A stretch of DNA of 39,462 bases from Verrucomicrobiota bacterium (GCA_016283885.1 JAEENR010000198.1:1-39462), one strand, 5' to 3'. Shown: positions 1 to 8,822, counted from the first letter of the stretch. Program-made: numbers and translations. Notes: a model not told the origin generated them from the letters alone.

Positions 1-314
1 CGGAAGTGTATGATTTGAAAGACGAAACGCCGGAGGTCATGGTCGGCTACGACATGACGGTCGTGCCGCATGACGACAGCGGTTGCATGGACTGGCTGTT
101 GGACTACACATGGCGGACGCGGCTCGGCAACATCGTCGTGTTCCGTTCGTTCCGTTTTGAAAATCCGCATTCGCACCATGGCGTAAATGTTCCGGATGAA
201 CTACTTGCGCGATGGGGTACGTTCTGCAAAGATCATCGCATACATGTGGAGGCCGCGAACGCGTTTGACATCCGACTTATTGACCATCTGATTATTCTTC
301 TGTTTTCTCTTTAA
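1..314 (+). CDS. hypothetical protein, C-terminal part (CDS runs off the 5' edge of the window)
   Basis: Frame 3 is open from base 3 to the TAA at 312-314, so the listed GTG at 6 is probably internal. No motif recognised (...FENPHSHHGVNVPDELL...). Confidence 0.4.
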   Translation, partial: EVYDLKDETPEVMVGYDMTVVPHDDSGCMDWLLDYTWRTRLGNIVVFRSFRFENPHSHHGVNVPDELLARWGTFCKDHRIHVEAANAFDIRLIDHLIILLFSL

Positions 315-440
315 CCACTACGGAGAGAGATTATTATTCTATTTTTCTTGACAATCGGAGGAAAGATTTTCAGCATAGCCGTGTTGTTTTCTGTTCGCAG
401 AGACAAGAATATACGTCATTTTGATATCATTCAATAAACT

Positions 441-2564
441 ATGACTGGCAAAATAAAAGATCTGAAATTTTATTTCCAAGGAAAATCATACTCCAAAATT
501 TTGAAATCGCTGATACCATCACTGGCGGTTTGTTTTTCAATCAGTACGCAGGCAAGTGTCGGTGAAATATTTACTTTCGACACTTTGATTTACCGGGTCC
601 TTACAGAGTCCGGCTCTTCCGGAACGGTTTGTGTTTGTGATTACGCGGAGACTCCTGTTGCGCTGGAGATTCCTGCGGTCGTCGCGAACAACGAGAGAAA
701 GTACTTAGTTACCGAGATCGACGAAAACGCGCTTTCATATTATCAGGCCCTGGAGAGCGTGACGATCGGCGGTAATGTGACAACGATTGGAGAGAACGCC
801 TTTTTAGGATGTTCCAATTTGCAAACGCTCATGATCGGGAAGAATGTGGAGTCGATCGGCGATTCCGCGTTCAGCGGGTGTTCTTCTTTGGAAAGCGTGA
901 CTATCCCCGATAAAGTTGCGGTTCTGGGAAACAATGTATTTGCCTTCTGCGATAGTCTGAAGACGGTCACTTTGGGCAGAAGTGTCCAGGCGATCGGCGA
1001 AGGCGCGTTTGCCTGTTCAGGGTTGGAAACTATTACCGCAGATACTAAAAACGCAGCCTATTATACCTTGGATGGCGTGTTATTGAGCAAAGACTGCAAG
1101 ACTTTGGTCCAATATCCCGCGGGTAATACCAGGACTGTCTATACGCTGCCGGTCACTGTCACGGTGGTTGAAAAGGGTGCGTTTGCGAACAGTTCCTATC
1201 TGGAAGAGGTCATTCTTCCCGCCGCTTTGACGACGATCAAAGACAAGGCATTCTATGGATGCGACAATCTGAAGTCCATCACGGTAGATGACGGAAACAA
1301 TTATTATCTCAGCCGGGAAGGTGTTTTGTTTGATAAAAAACAAGAGCGTTTGATCCAATACCCGACAGGGAGTGAGAGAAGCAGTTATGTCATCCCGGAC
1401 AGTGTTACGGAGATAGCGCAAGGAGCTTTCAGCAAATGTTTCTATCTGGAGGATATCATCCTGGGAAGAGGTCTTGCTTCTCTGGAATCCGGTATCTTTG
1501 ACGGATGCAGAAATCTGAAGACTATCACGATCCCGACCGGTATTCGTGACATTTCAGCGGATGCGTTTGTGGAATGTTCCCGTCTGGAAAATATCATTGT
1601 GGATCCCGCAAATCCGTTTTACAGCAGTGAGGATGGAGTCTTGTTTGACAAAGACCAAACCGTTCTGATCCAATATCCCGCCGGGAACAAAAGAGACAGT
1701 TATGTATTTCCATCCTCTGTCCGTTCGATCGGTGGGAATGCCTTTGCCGGGTGTGTCTGGCTGACGGATATCACGCTGGATGACAGTTTGGAAGCCATTG
1801 CGGATGATGCTTTTTATGGATGCGGTGCTTTGGAAGCTTTCCATGTCAGTCCGGCCAATCCCAATTACAGCAGTCGGGATGGAGTCTTGCTGAATAAAGC
1901 GCAGACAACGCTTTTGCAATATCCGGTTGGAAATACCGGAAGCGGCTATACGATCCCTGACAGCATCATTTCTATTGGTGCTAACGCGTTCAGAGGCTCC
2001 TTCGATCTGGAAAGTGTCATCTTTGGCAAAAATGTGAAGTCTATTGGCAGTGCGGCTTTCCGCGAATGTGTCAATCTGAGGAACATTATATTTAACAATG
2101 GGTTAGAGAGTATTGGAGCGGAAGCATTCCAGACGTGTGAAAATCTGAGAACGATCACGATCCCGGCTAATGTTTCCACGATCGGCAACTATGCTTTCGC
2201 GTGGTGCAAGCGCCTGACCAGTGTTTACTACACGGGGAATGTGCCTCAAGCCGATTCCAGTATGTACAGCAATACACCCAGTACTCTGGTCAGTTATTAC
2301 AGTCCGGCTTATACTGCTTCCTGGCAGGCCGTTATTGACGTTTATCATTCATGGCAGGGGAGACTTACTGAATGCAGTGATGCACCCGCGCAGATCGCGG
2401 AACTGTCCTATACATACTCGGATGGTATTCTGACTCTGACTTTTACCGGTATTCTTCAGGAGAGTGCGGATACGCGTAACTGGACAGACGTTACCGGTGC
2501 CAGAGATACCCTGAAAGTAGATACATCCAAAGGAAATATAAAATTCTATCGGGTAGTTGATTAG
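441..2564 (+). CDS. BspA-type leucine-rich-repeat (LRR_5-like) secreted/surface protein
   Basis: 707-aa ORF with a signal-peptide-like N-terminus (...SLAVCFSISTQA). It has many tandem units of the form IGxxAFxxCxxLxxVTIPxxV, alternating with DGVLxxKDxxxLIQYPAGN segments, which is typical of BspA/PF13306-type LRR proteins. The ~70-aa C-terminal tail ends ...NWTDV...KFYRVVD. Confidence 0.85.
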   Translation: MTGKIKDLKFYFQGKSYSKILKSLIPSLAVCFSISTQASVGEIFTFDTLIYRVLTESGSSGTVCVCDYAETPVALEIPAVVANNERKYLVTEIDENALSYYQALESVTIGGNVTTIGENAFLGCSNLQTLMIGKNVESIGDSAFSGCSSLESVTIPDKVAVLGNNVFAFCDSLKTVTLGRSVQAIGEGAFACSGLETITADTKNAAYYTLDGVLLSKDCKTLVQYPAGNTRTVYTLPVTVTVVEKGAFANSSYLEEVILPAALTTIKDKAFYGCDNLKSITVDDGNNYYLSREGVLFDKKQERLIQYPTGSERSSYVIPDSVTEIAQGAFSKCFYLEDIILGRGLASLESGIFDGCRNLKTITIPTGIRDISADAFVECSRLENIIVDPANPFYSSEDGVLFDKDQTVLIQYPAGNKRDSYVFPSSVRSIGGNAFAGCVWLTDITLDDSLEAIADDAFYGCGALEAFHVSPANPNYSSRDGVLLNKAQTTLLQYPVGNTGSGYTIPDSIISIGANAFRGSFDLESVIFGKNVKSIGSAAFRECVNLRNIIFNNGLESIGAEAFQTCENLRTITIPANVSTIGNYAFAWCKRLTSVYYTGNVPQADSSMYSNTPSTLVSYYSPAYTASWQAVIDVYHSWQGRLTECSDAPAQIAELSYTYSDGILTLTFTGILQESADTRNWTDVTGARDTLKVDTSKGNIKFYRVVD

Positions 2565-2597
2565 CCAAAACAGACTGATTCTTTGGTCACGATTTTA

Positions 2598-2656
2598 GCG
2601 GTGAGTTTCTCAAAACACGATCTAAACGTGTAAGATTGACTCGCCGCTTTCTATTT
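2598..2656 (+). terminator. conserved hairpin + T-tract between the LRR gene and esterase 1 (terminator or attenuator-like leader)
   Basis: gcggtgagt (2598-2606) pairs with actcgccgc (2639-2647), including one G-U. There is an inner helix acacg/cgtgt, followed by tttctattt. It ends only ~16 nt before the esterase start codon. A second copy lies at 3556-3614. Confidence 0.4.
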
Positions 2657-2672
2657 GGTAGGATGACTGCCG

Positions 2673-3485
2673 ATGAAGACATTAGTTACGATTTTGTCAG
2701 GTGTGTGCGGTGCGGTTTTGATCGCAGCGCTGTTCTGTTTCAGTGTGAGAAGTGCTCAGGCGGCGGATGCTCCTCAGGTAGGAACACCGACTCCGGGTAA
2801 ACAGGTGCCGCAGACCATGTCACAGGAAAAGAATGGCAAACAGCTGAATTATATGCTGTTCCTGCCCAAGGATTATTCCGAGACAGCGGATAAGAAGTGG
2901 CCTGTCATTGTGTTTCTGCACGGCATAGGCGAGCGTGGCAACAGTATTGCGGATATCAACCGCGTGAAGGTCCATGGTCCCGCGATGCTGGCGGACAAGG
3001 ATCCCGACTTCAAATTCATCGTGGCCACTCCTCAGTGTCCCGGAGACAGCTGGTGGGCTTGGGATATCGATCTGCTGAATGCTTTCCTGGATGATGTGCT
3101 GAAAAATGTTAAGAATGCGGATCCCAATCGTGTTTATCTGACGGGGTTGAGCATGGGCGGTTTTGGTACTTTTGCCTGGTCCATTCGGAATCCTGAACGC
3201 TTCGCGGCGGTGGCTCCCATCTGCGGCGGAGGTACTTATGTGGATTCTCTGGCGTTGGATCCGAAAAGAAGAGAGAAGTTGAACACTTTGGCGTTCTGGA
3301 TCTTCCACGGAGAAAGCGACACCACGGTGTTAGTGGAGTGTTCCCGCGTCATGGAAAAAGGTTTGAAGAGCTATGGGGTCAAAGAAGTCAAGCTGACTAC
3401 TTATCCGGGTGTGAACCACAATTCCTGGACGCAGACCTATAACAATCCGGAGCTTTACGAGTGGTTCCTGAAACATCACCGTTAA
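2673..3485 (+). CDS. secreted alpha/beta-hydrolase carboxylesterase (CE1 / PHB-depolymerase-like / prolyl-oligopeptidase-type fold), copy 1
   Basis: 270 aa with a signal peptide ending ...VRSAQA/AD. The nucleophile elbow GLSMGG, then HGESD and VNHNSW, give the Ser-Asp-His order of esterases. VIVFLHGIGERG is an oxyanion-region-like motif. Confidence 0.8.
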   Translation: MKTLVTILSGVCGAVLIAALFCFSVRSAQAADAPQVGTPTPGKQVPQTMSQEKNGKQLNYMLFLPKDYSETADKKWPVIVFLHGIGERGNSIADINRVKVHGPAMLADKDPDFKFIVATPQCPGDSWWAWDIDLLNAFLDDVLKNVKNADPNRVYLTGLSMGGFGTFAWSIRNPERFAAVAPICGGGTYVDSLALDPKRREKLNTLAFWIFHGESDTTVLVECSRVMEKGLKSYGVKEVKLTTYPGVNHNSWTQTYNNPELYEWFLKHHR

Positions 3486-3555
3486 AAGACGAAACGTATA
3501 AAATTCTATTGGATAGTTCATTAGAATAGCCTTCGGATTTTCCGGACAAGATTTC

Positions 3556-3614
3556 GCGGCGAGTTTCTCAAAACACGATCCAAACGTGTAAGATTGACTC
3601 GCCGCTTTCTGTTT
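3556..3614 (+). terminator. second copy of the conserved hairpin + T-tract (between esterase 1 and esterase 2)
   Basis: gcggcgagt (3556-3564) pairs perfectly with actcgccgc (3597-3605). It has the same inner helix as copy 1, followed by tttctgttt. Confidence 0.4.
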
Positions 3615-3630
3615 GGTAGGATGCCTGTCT

Positions 3631-4446
3631 GTGAAGACATTAGTTATGATTTTGTCAGTTGTGTGCGGTGCGGCTTTGATCGCGGCACTGTTCTTTTTCT
3701 GTGCAAGAAACGCTCAGGCGGCGGATGCTCCACAAGCGGGGACACCGATTCCGGGCAAACAGGTCCCGCAAATCCTGTCACAGGAAAAGACAGTCAAGCA
3801 GCAGCTGGATTATCTGTTGTTCCTGCCCAAAGATTATTCCGAGACAGCGAATAAGAAATGGCCCGTCATCATGTTCCTGCACGGCATGGGCGAGCGTGGC
3901 AATAGCATGGCGGACATAGATCGGGTGAAGGTACACGGTCCGGCGATGCTGGTGGATAAGGATCCTGATTTCAAATTTATTGTAGTCTCTCCTCAATGTC
4001 GCGGAGACAGCTGGTGGGCATGGGATATCGATTTACTAAATAGCCTTTTGGATAAAGTGCTGAAAGATGTCAAGAACGCGGATCCCAACCGTGTTTATCT
4101 GACGGGGTTGAGCATGGGCGGTTTTGCTTCTTTTGCCTGGTCTATCCGGAATCCTGAACGTTTCGCGGCGGTGGCACCTATATGCGGCGGCGGTAATTGG
4201 TTGTCCGGTCTGGCTCTGGATGGTGCAAAAGCGGAAAAACTGCATTCTCTGCCTTTCTGGATTTTCCACGGTGAAAGCGACTCAGCGGTGCCGGTGGAAT
4301 ACTCCCGCACCATGGAAAGCGGTCTGAAGGCGTTGGGAGTTAAAGAAGTCAAGTTGACCACTTATCCGGGTGTGGATCACAATTCCTGGACTCAGACCTA
4401 CGACAACCCAGAACTTTACGATTGGTTCTTGAAGTACCACCGTTAA
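3631..4446 (+). CDS. secreted alpha/beta-hydrolase carboxylesterase, copy 2 (paralogue of 2673-3485)
   Basis: The ORF is open from TTG 3613, but GTG 3631 (VKTLVMILS...) aligns with the ATG of copy 1 (MKTLVTILS...). It has the same GLSMGG / HGESD / VDHNSW triad motifs. Confidence 0.8.
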   Translation: MKTLVMILSVVCGAALIAALFFFCARNAQAADAPQAGTPIPGKQVPQILSQEKTVKQQLDYLLFLPKDYSETANKKWPVIMFLHGMGERGNSMADIDRVKVHGPAMLVDKDPDFKFIVVSPQCRGDSWWAWDIDLLNSLLDKVLKDVKNADPNRVYLTGLSMGGFASFAWSIRNPERFAAVAPICGGGNWLSGLALDGAKAEKLHSLPFWIFHGESDSAVPVEYSRTMESGLKALGVKEVKLTTYPGVDHNSWTQTYDNPELYDWFLKYHR

Positions 4447-4458
4447 AAAGCTTTTTGT

Positions 4459-5184
4459 GTGAAGTTTTCAATCATCATTCCTGCTTATAACGAGGAGAAA
4501 TTATTGAGCGATTCGCTTTCTAAAATAAAGCGGTCGCTCGATGTTTTTTTAGAACGCGGTCACAATTTTGAGTTGATCGTCTGTGATAATAATTCCAGCG
4601 ATCGTACCGCTGAAATTGCTCGTGAAGCCGGGGCAAAGGTCGTCTTTGAAACGGTCAATCAGATATCCAGAGCGCGCAACACCGGTGCGGCCGCGGCCAC
4701 AGGGGATTATCTGATTTTCATTGACGCGGATTCTTATCCTCCGCAGGAACTTTTCCGGGAGTTTTTAGATCGTTTAACGACGGAGAACGCCGTGGGTGGC
4801 GGTGCTCTGGTATGGATGGAAACGCTGGATCCTGTGGCAACTTTTACGCTCCACCTCTGGCGCTGCATCAGCCGCTGTCTGAAATGGGCTCCGGGGTCTT
4901 TTATCTTCTGCAAAAGTGATCTTTTCCACCGTCTGGGCGGTTTCAGCACAGAGCTTTACGCCTCAGAGGAGATAGATTTCAGCCGCCGTCTGAAACGGGA
5001 GGTGCGCTGCCGGAAAGAGGGTCGGGTCATTATTCTGAAGAATTCGATCCAAACCTCCAACCGTAAGCTCCGCCTTTATGGAACCAAAGAATATTTGAGG
5101 TTGATACGCGGTTTTCTCTTTCGTGGGAAAAAGATGCTCAAAGACCGTGACGCTTTGAATATTTGGTATGATGGAAGAAGATAA
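4459..5184 (+). CDS. family 2 glycosyltransferase (GT-A fold)
   Basis: GTG start. FSIIIPAYNEEKLL, VCDNNSSDRT and IFIDADS (DxD) are classic GT2 motifs. 241 aa. Confidence 0.8.
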   Translation: MKFSIIIPAYNEEKLLSDSLSKIKRSLDVFLERGHNFELIVCDNNSSDRTAEIAREAGAKVVFETVNQISRARNTGAAAATGDYLIFIDADSYPPQELFREFLDRLTTENAVGGGALVWMETLDPVATFTLHLWRCISRCLKWAPGSFIFCKSDLFHRLGGFSTELYASEEIDFSRRLKREVRCRKEGRVIILKNSIQTSNRKLRLYGTKEYLRLIRGFLFRGKKMLKDRDALNIWYDGRR

Positions 5185-5204
5185 GAAAAAGTAGAATTTT
5201 TAAG

Positions 5205-7157
5205 ATGAAAAAGAAAAACACAATGAATGTTAAATGGTTAAAACGGACTCTGGCTGTTTCAGCGGGGTGTTTGATCTGCTGGAATGTCAGTATGGACGCG
5301 GCGGAGTGGGTTTCGCTGTTTGATGGACAGAAGCTGGATGGCTGGTCTCAGCATGGCGGCAGCGCTCCCTTTACGGTGGAGGACGGCTGTATCGTCGGCA
5401 CGACCAAGCATAACGCCGGCGGAAACAGTTTTCTGTGTACTGTGCGTGACTATAGCGATTTCATCTTGGAGTATGAATACAAGGTGGATCCCCGGATGAA
5501 TTCCGGGGTGCAGATCCGCAGTCATTGTTTTCCGATGCCGCATACCTATACCTGGAACGGAAAGAGCTGGAATGTGCCGGCCGGTCGTGTGCATGGTTAT
5601 CAGATCGAGATAGATCCTTCGGCTCGTGCCTGGTCCTGCGGTATTTATGACGAGGGAAGACGGGCGTGGCTCTATGATCTGAAGGACAAGCCTGCAGCTC
5701 AGACGGCATTTCGTCAAAACGAATGGAACAAAGTCCGTGTGGAAGCGAAGGGCGATCGTTTAAAGACTTGGCTCAACGATATTCCCGTGGCGGATTTGCA
5801 GGACGATTTGGACAGCTGCGGCTTCATCGCCTTGCAGGTGCATGGCATAGGCTCTGAGGCAGAGGCCGGACGGGAGATCCGCTGGCGCAATTTACGGATC
5901 CAGGATCTGGAGTCGGCGGCTCAAGCGGCAGGTGTGGAGATCGCTCCTTCCGGAGCCTGGACGTGGTACAATGATCCCCGCGCGATCGTTCGGGACGGTT
6001 TTCTTTATGCCGGCTATGTTCGTTCGGACGGGGCTGTCTGCGTGACCTGCTATGATTTGAAGACAAATGAACGGACAGAAAGTATTTTAAGCACCTGGCG
6101 TGAACGGGATGATCACGATGTGCCGGGCTTTCTGGAGCTGTCTGACGGCCGTCTGGCGGTGCTGTATTCTACTCATGGAAGCCGGCAGTTCATGTATATG
6201 CGCTATGCCAAAGTCAAAAATCCACGGACTCAGGAGGATTGGGGAGACGAGATCGCAGTGGACTGGAGCGCCAAAAAGTTCCGCGGCGGTGTCTGCTACA
6301 ATAATCCCTTCCAGCTTTTGAATGAACCGAACCGCGTTTATAACTTTATCCGCGGTGAGAACTGGAATCCCACTCTTTTGATCTCAGAGGACAACGGAGC
6401 CACCTGGAACGATCCGATCCATCTGATTTATCATAAGGATCGGCCTTACGCGAAGTATGCTTCCAATGGCCGGGACCGCATTGATATCCTTTTCACGGAC
6501 GGACATCCGCGCATGGTGGATAATTCCGTTTATCATGTGAGCATCCAAGGCGGCGCGGTCATTGGAACCGATGGTCAGCCTCTGGGTATGTTGGAACAGA
6601 TGGCTCCGCTGCCGACTGCGCGCGGAACAGTAGTCTATCCGTTTGGTTCCGCTTATCCCAAGCCGGAAGGAACAAAAGACGGCCGGGCTTGGATATGGGA
6701 TATTTCTTATGACGCTCAGGGCAGTCCGATCATCCTGCATACCGTCAAAGCTAAAGAAGGGGACATCCGCTACTTCTATGCCTGTTGGGATCAGTCGGCG
6801 AAAAAGTGGGATTCCCATGAGATCGCCCATGCCGGGGCTCAGCTTTACAAAGGCGAGGACGATTATGTGGGTGGAGCGACCTTCGATCCGGAGCATCCTC
6901 ACCGCATCTACATCAGCAGCGAGTTTAGTCCGATCACCGGTGCAAGAACTGTCCATCGTGAACTCTATCAGGGAGAAACGAAGGATGGCGGCAAGAAGTG
7001 GACCTGGACGGCGGTGACACGGAATTCTCCGGCGGACAATCTGCGGCCTTATGTTCCCCGCAAACATGGAATGGAGAGCTGTCTGCTCTGGTTCACGGGG
7101 GATTACCGTGCCTACCAGAACTTTGAGACTTCTATCCGGGCTTTGATCGAGAAGTAG
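5205..7157 (+). CDS. secreted fusion protein: DUF1080 (3-keto-disaccharide hydrolase-like, concanavalin-type) domain + BNR/Asp-box beta-propeller (BNR_4-like) domain
   Basis: Signal peptide present. The N-terminal ~230 aa carry WVSLFDGQKLDGW...GNSFL...DFILEYEYK...NSGVQIRS...GYQIEID...NEWNKVRVEAKGDRLKTWLND...GFIALQVHG...IRWRNLRI, matching the DUF1080 pattern. The C-terminal ~420 aa carry WTWYNDPRA and an Asp-box (SEDNGATW). Confidence 0.7.
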   Translation: MKKKNTMNVKWLKRTLAVSAGCLICWNVSMDAAEWVSLFDGQKLDGWSQHGGSAPFTVEDGCIVGTTKHNAGGNSFLCTVRDYSDFILEYEYKVDPRMNSGVQIRSHCFPMPHTYTWNGKSWNVPAGRVHGYQIEIDPSARAWSCGIYDEGRRAWLYDLKDKPAAQTAFRQNEWNKVRVEAKGDRLKTWLNDIPVADLQDDLDSCGFIALQVHGIGSEAEAGREIRWRNLRIQDLESAAQAAGVEIAPSGAWTWYNDPRAIVRDGFLYAGYVRSDGAVCVTCYDLKTNERTESILSTWRERDDHDVPGFLELSDGRLAVLYSTHGSRQFMYMRYAKVKNPRTQEDWGDEIAVDWSAKKFRGGVCYNNPFQLLNEPNRVYNFIRGENWNPTLLISEDNGATWNDPIHLIYHKDRPYAKYASNGRDRIDILFTDGHPRMVDNSVYHVSIQGGAVIGTDGQPLGMLEQMAPLPTARGTVVYPFGSAYPKPEGTKDGRAWIWDISYDAQGSPIILHTVKAKEGDIRYFYACWDQSAKKWDSHEIAHAGAQLYKGEDDYVGGATFDPEHPHRIYISSEFSPITGARTVHRELYQGETKDGGKKWTWTAVTRNSPADNLRPYVPRKHGMESCLLWFTGDYRAYQNFETSIRALIEK

Positions 7158-7177
7158 ATATCTTGTTTTGTTTCAAG

Positions 7178-7218
7178 TAGAAGGCTGTGTTCATCGGACG
7201 CGGCCTTCTATTTTTTTT
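7178..7218 (+). terminator. rho-independent terminator
   Basis: tagaaggc (7178-7185) pairs with gccttcta (7203-7210). The stem extends inward through G-C/G-U pairs and is followed by T8 (7211-7218). Confidence 0.8.
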
Positions 7219-7322
7219 AGAGAATTTGCAACTTTTTGAAAAATTTGGTTTTAAATAGTATATGGGTGTTCCATTGAGACCCCTTTTACGAATCAAATAG
7301 AAACTCCGAATACAGGAAAATT

Positions 7323-8354
7323 ATGAAGAAAATCTCTCTAATTATTGCAGTTATCACTGCTTGTGGCGCATTTGCCGTGACCGATCTCCAGGCACAGCAA
7401 GCCAATCGTCAGCAGCGTCGCGGTCCTCAGATGGTCATGCCCTCTGCTATGAGTTCTGAACAGCGTGTGAAGATGCTTGCAGATTCCCTGAAACTCACCG
7501 AAGAACAGCAAACCAAGCTCAAAGCCGTGTTTGATGAACAGGCTGCCGCGATGAGAGAATTGAACGGCAAAGATCGCTCTGAACGTCAAGAAGCGATGCA
7601 AAAGATTCGCAATGAACAAGATGCGAAACTTAAAGAGATCTTGACCGAAGATCAGTACAAGACTTATACCACCAATATGGCTCGCGGATTCAGAGGCGGT
7701 CAGGGTGGTCCCGGACAAGGCGGCCCTCAGGCCATGACGCTGGATCAGCGTGTGGATCGTATCGCCAGAGCGCTGGATCTGAACGATGACATGAAAGCCA
7801 AGCTGAAAGCCTGTCTGGAAGAGAACGAGAAAGCCATGACCGAACTGCGTCGGAACAATCAGAGCATGAGTCAGTCCGAACGCCGTGAAGCCATGCAGAA
7901 GCTCCGCACGGAACAGGAAAACAAGCTGAAAGAAATTCTGGGTGAGGATCTGTATAAGAAATATCAGGAACAGACCCGCAACTTTGGTTTCGGCAATTTC
8001 CCGCAAAGAATAACTCCGGCACAGCAGGCAGAAGATATTGCCAAGAGGCTGGATCTGACGGCTGATCAGAAGAAAAAGATGGAGGAATTCTACACCGAGC
8101 AGCAGAAGAACATGCAGGAAATGTTCACCAAGATGCAGGGACTTACAAACGATGAACGCCGTGAAGCCATGCAGAAGAGCCGCACCGAGTCCGAAGCCAA
8201 ATTGAAAGAGATCTTGGGCGAAGACCTGTATAAGAAATATCAGGAAGAAATGCGCTCCAGAGGTCCGGCCATGATGGGCGGCAGACAAGGCGGCCCCAAC
8301 AGAGGCGGCAACCCCGGTAATCGTCCTCAGCGCCGCGGTGGTGGAAATCAATAA
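7323..8354 (+). CDS. periplasmic LTXXQ-motif (Spy/CpxP-like) protein with three tandem ~95-aa modules and a Gly/Arg/Pro-rich tail
   Basis: Signal peptide (...FAVTDLQA). Three modules each carry an L(T/N)xxQ-type helix (LKLTEEQQTKLKAV, LDLNDDMKAKLKAC, LDLTADQKKKMEEF) and ERREAMQK(L/S)RTE...KLKEILGEDLYKKYQE. The nucleotide repeats around 7870-7975 and 8155-8260 are near-identical. Confidence 0.7.
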   Translation: MKKISLIIAVITACGAFAVTDLQAQQANRQQRRGPQMVMPSAMSSEQRVKMLADSLKLTEEQQTKLKAVFDEQAAAMRELNGKDRSERQEAMQKIRNEQDAKLKEILTEDQYKTYTTNMARGFRGGQGGPGQGGPQAMTLDQRVDRIARALDLNDDMKAKLKACLEENEKAMTELRRNNQSMSQSERREAMQKLRTEQENKLKEILGEDLYKKYQEQTRNFGFGNFPQRITPAQQAEDIAKRLDLTADQKKKMEEFYTEQQKNMQEMFTKMQGLTNDERREAMQKSRTESEAKLKEILGEDLYKKYQEEMRSRGPAMMGGRQGGPNRGGNPGNRPQRRGGGNQ

Positions 8355-8390
8355 TCATCACTTAATTTTGCTAAAGTAGTTTGTTGAATA

Positions 8391-8426
8391 AAAGGCCATT
8401 CTGAAAAGAATGGCCTTTATATTTTT
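8391..8426 (+). terminator. rho-independent terminator
   Basis: Perfect 12-bp stem aaaggccattct / agaatggccttt with a gaaa loop, followed by atattttt. Confidence 0.85.
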
Positions 8427-8469
8427 CTGCTGAACTGATAAACGATAGTATTTATTTCGCGATATTTTC

Positions 8470-8498
8470 TTGAATTTGGAATACCTGGCTACTATATT
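8470..8498 (+). promoter_or_regulatory. sigma70-like promoter candidate for the AT-rich islet
   Basis: TTGAAT (8470-8475), 17-nt spacer, TATATT (8493-8498). Promoter consensus in PVC bacteria is not well defined, so this is tentative. Confidence 0.3.
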
Positions 8499-8650
8499 AG
8501 CCGCGGTTTTGACGCAAAGAGCGTTTAAACAATTGTGATCTAAACCGGATTTCTGCAGCAGTACATATACTAATTGTCACGGTTGTGGTGAGTACTCTGT
8601 TGTTATCTTAATCTGTTTTTTAAGGTTCTTACAGGTTTGAGGTTTAGATT

Positions 8651-8770
8651 ATGTATCTGAAAATAAGATATTTTAAGAATGATCCCTTAGAATGGGGTCA
8701 CATCTGTCTTTCCCCTGAAAAACTGCTTCTGATACCAGACTTCAAGCAAATAAAAAATTGGAAGAATTAA
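8651..8770 (+). CDS. possible small ORF (39 aa), not in the supplied ORF track
   Basis: ATG 8651 to TAA 8768-8770, translated by hand as MYLKIRYFKNDPLEWGHICLSPEKLLLIPDFKQIKNWKN. No motif found. It lies in the AT-rich islet. Confidence 0.15.
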   Translation: MYLKIRYFKNDPLEWGHICLSPEKLLLIPDFKQIKNWKN

Positions 8771-8822
8771 TTTATATATTTATATTTCATTACTCATTTT
8801 GATATTAATTTAAAATAAAAGA

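Larger units (their letters stand above)
2538..4450 (+). repeat. tandem segmental duplication, 2 x ~960 bp (LRR-gene tail + leader hairpin + esterase gene)
   Basis: 2538-2564 (ataaaattctatcgggtagttgattag) is repeated at 3498-3524 (ataaaattctattggatagttcattag), an offset of 960 nt. The leaders at 2598-2672 and 3556-3630 are near-identical. The two esterase proteins are identical at about four-fifths of positions by eye. Confidence 0.9.

Noticed and set aside
3594-3854. 86-aa ORF, and the TTG 3613 start, upstream of or overlapping esterase copy 2
   Set aside because: Alignment with copy 1 places the real start at GTG 3631. The 3594 frame reads across the duplicated leader hairpin and is out of frame with the conserved esterase sequence.
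7338-8351. 337-aa minus-strand ORF spanning the whole LTXXQ gene
   Set aside because: The open antisense frame results from the repetitive, stop-poor K/E/Q codon composition of the plus-strand gene. Only the plus-strand product has a signal peptide and LTXXQ modules.
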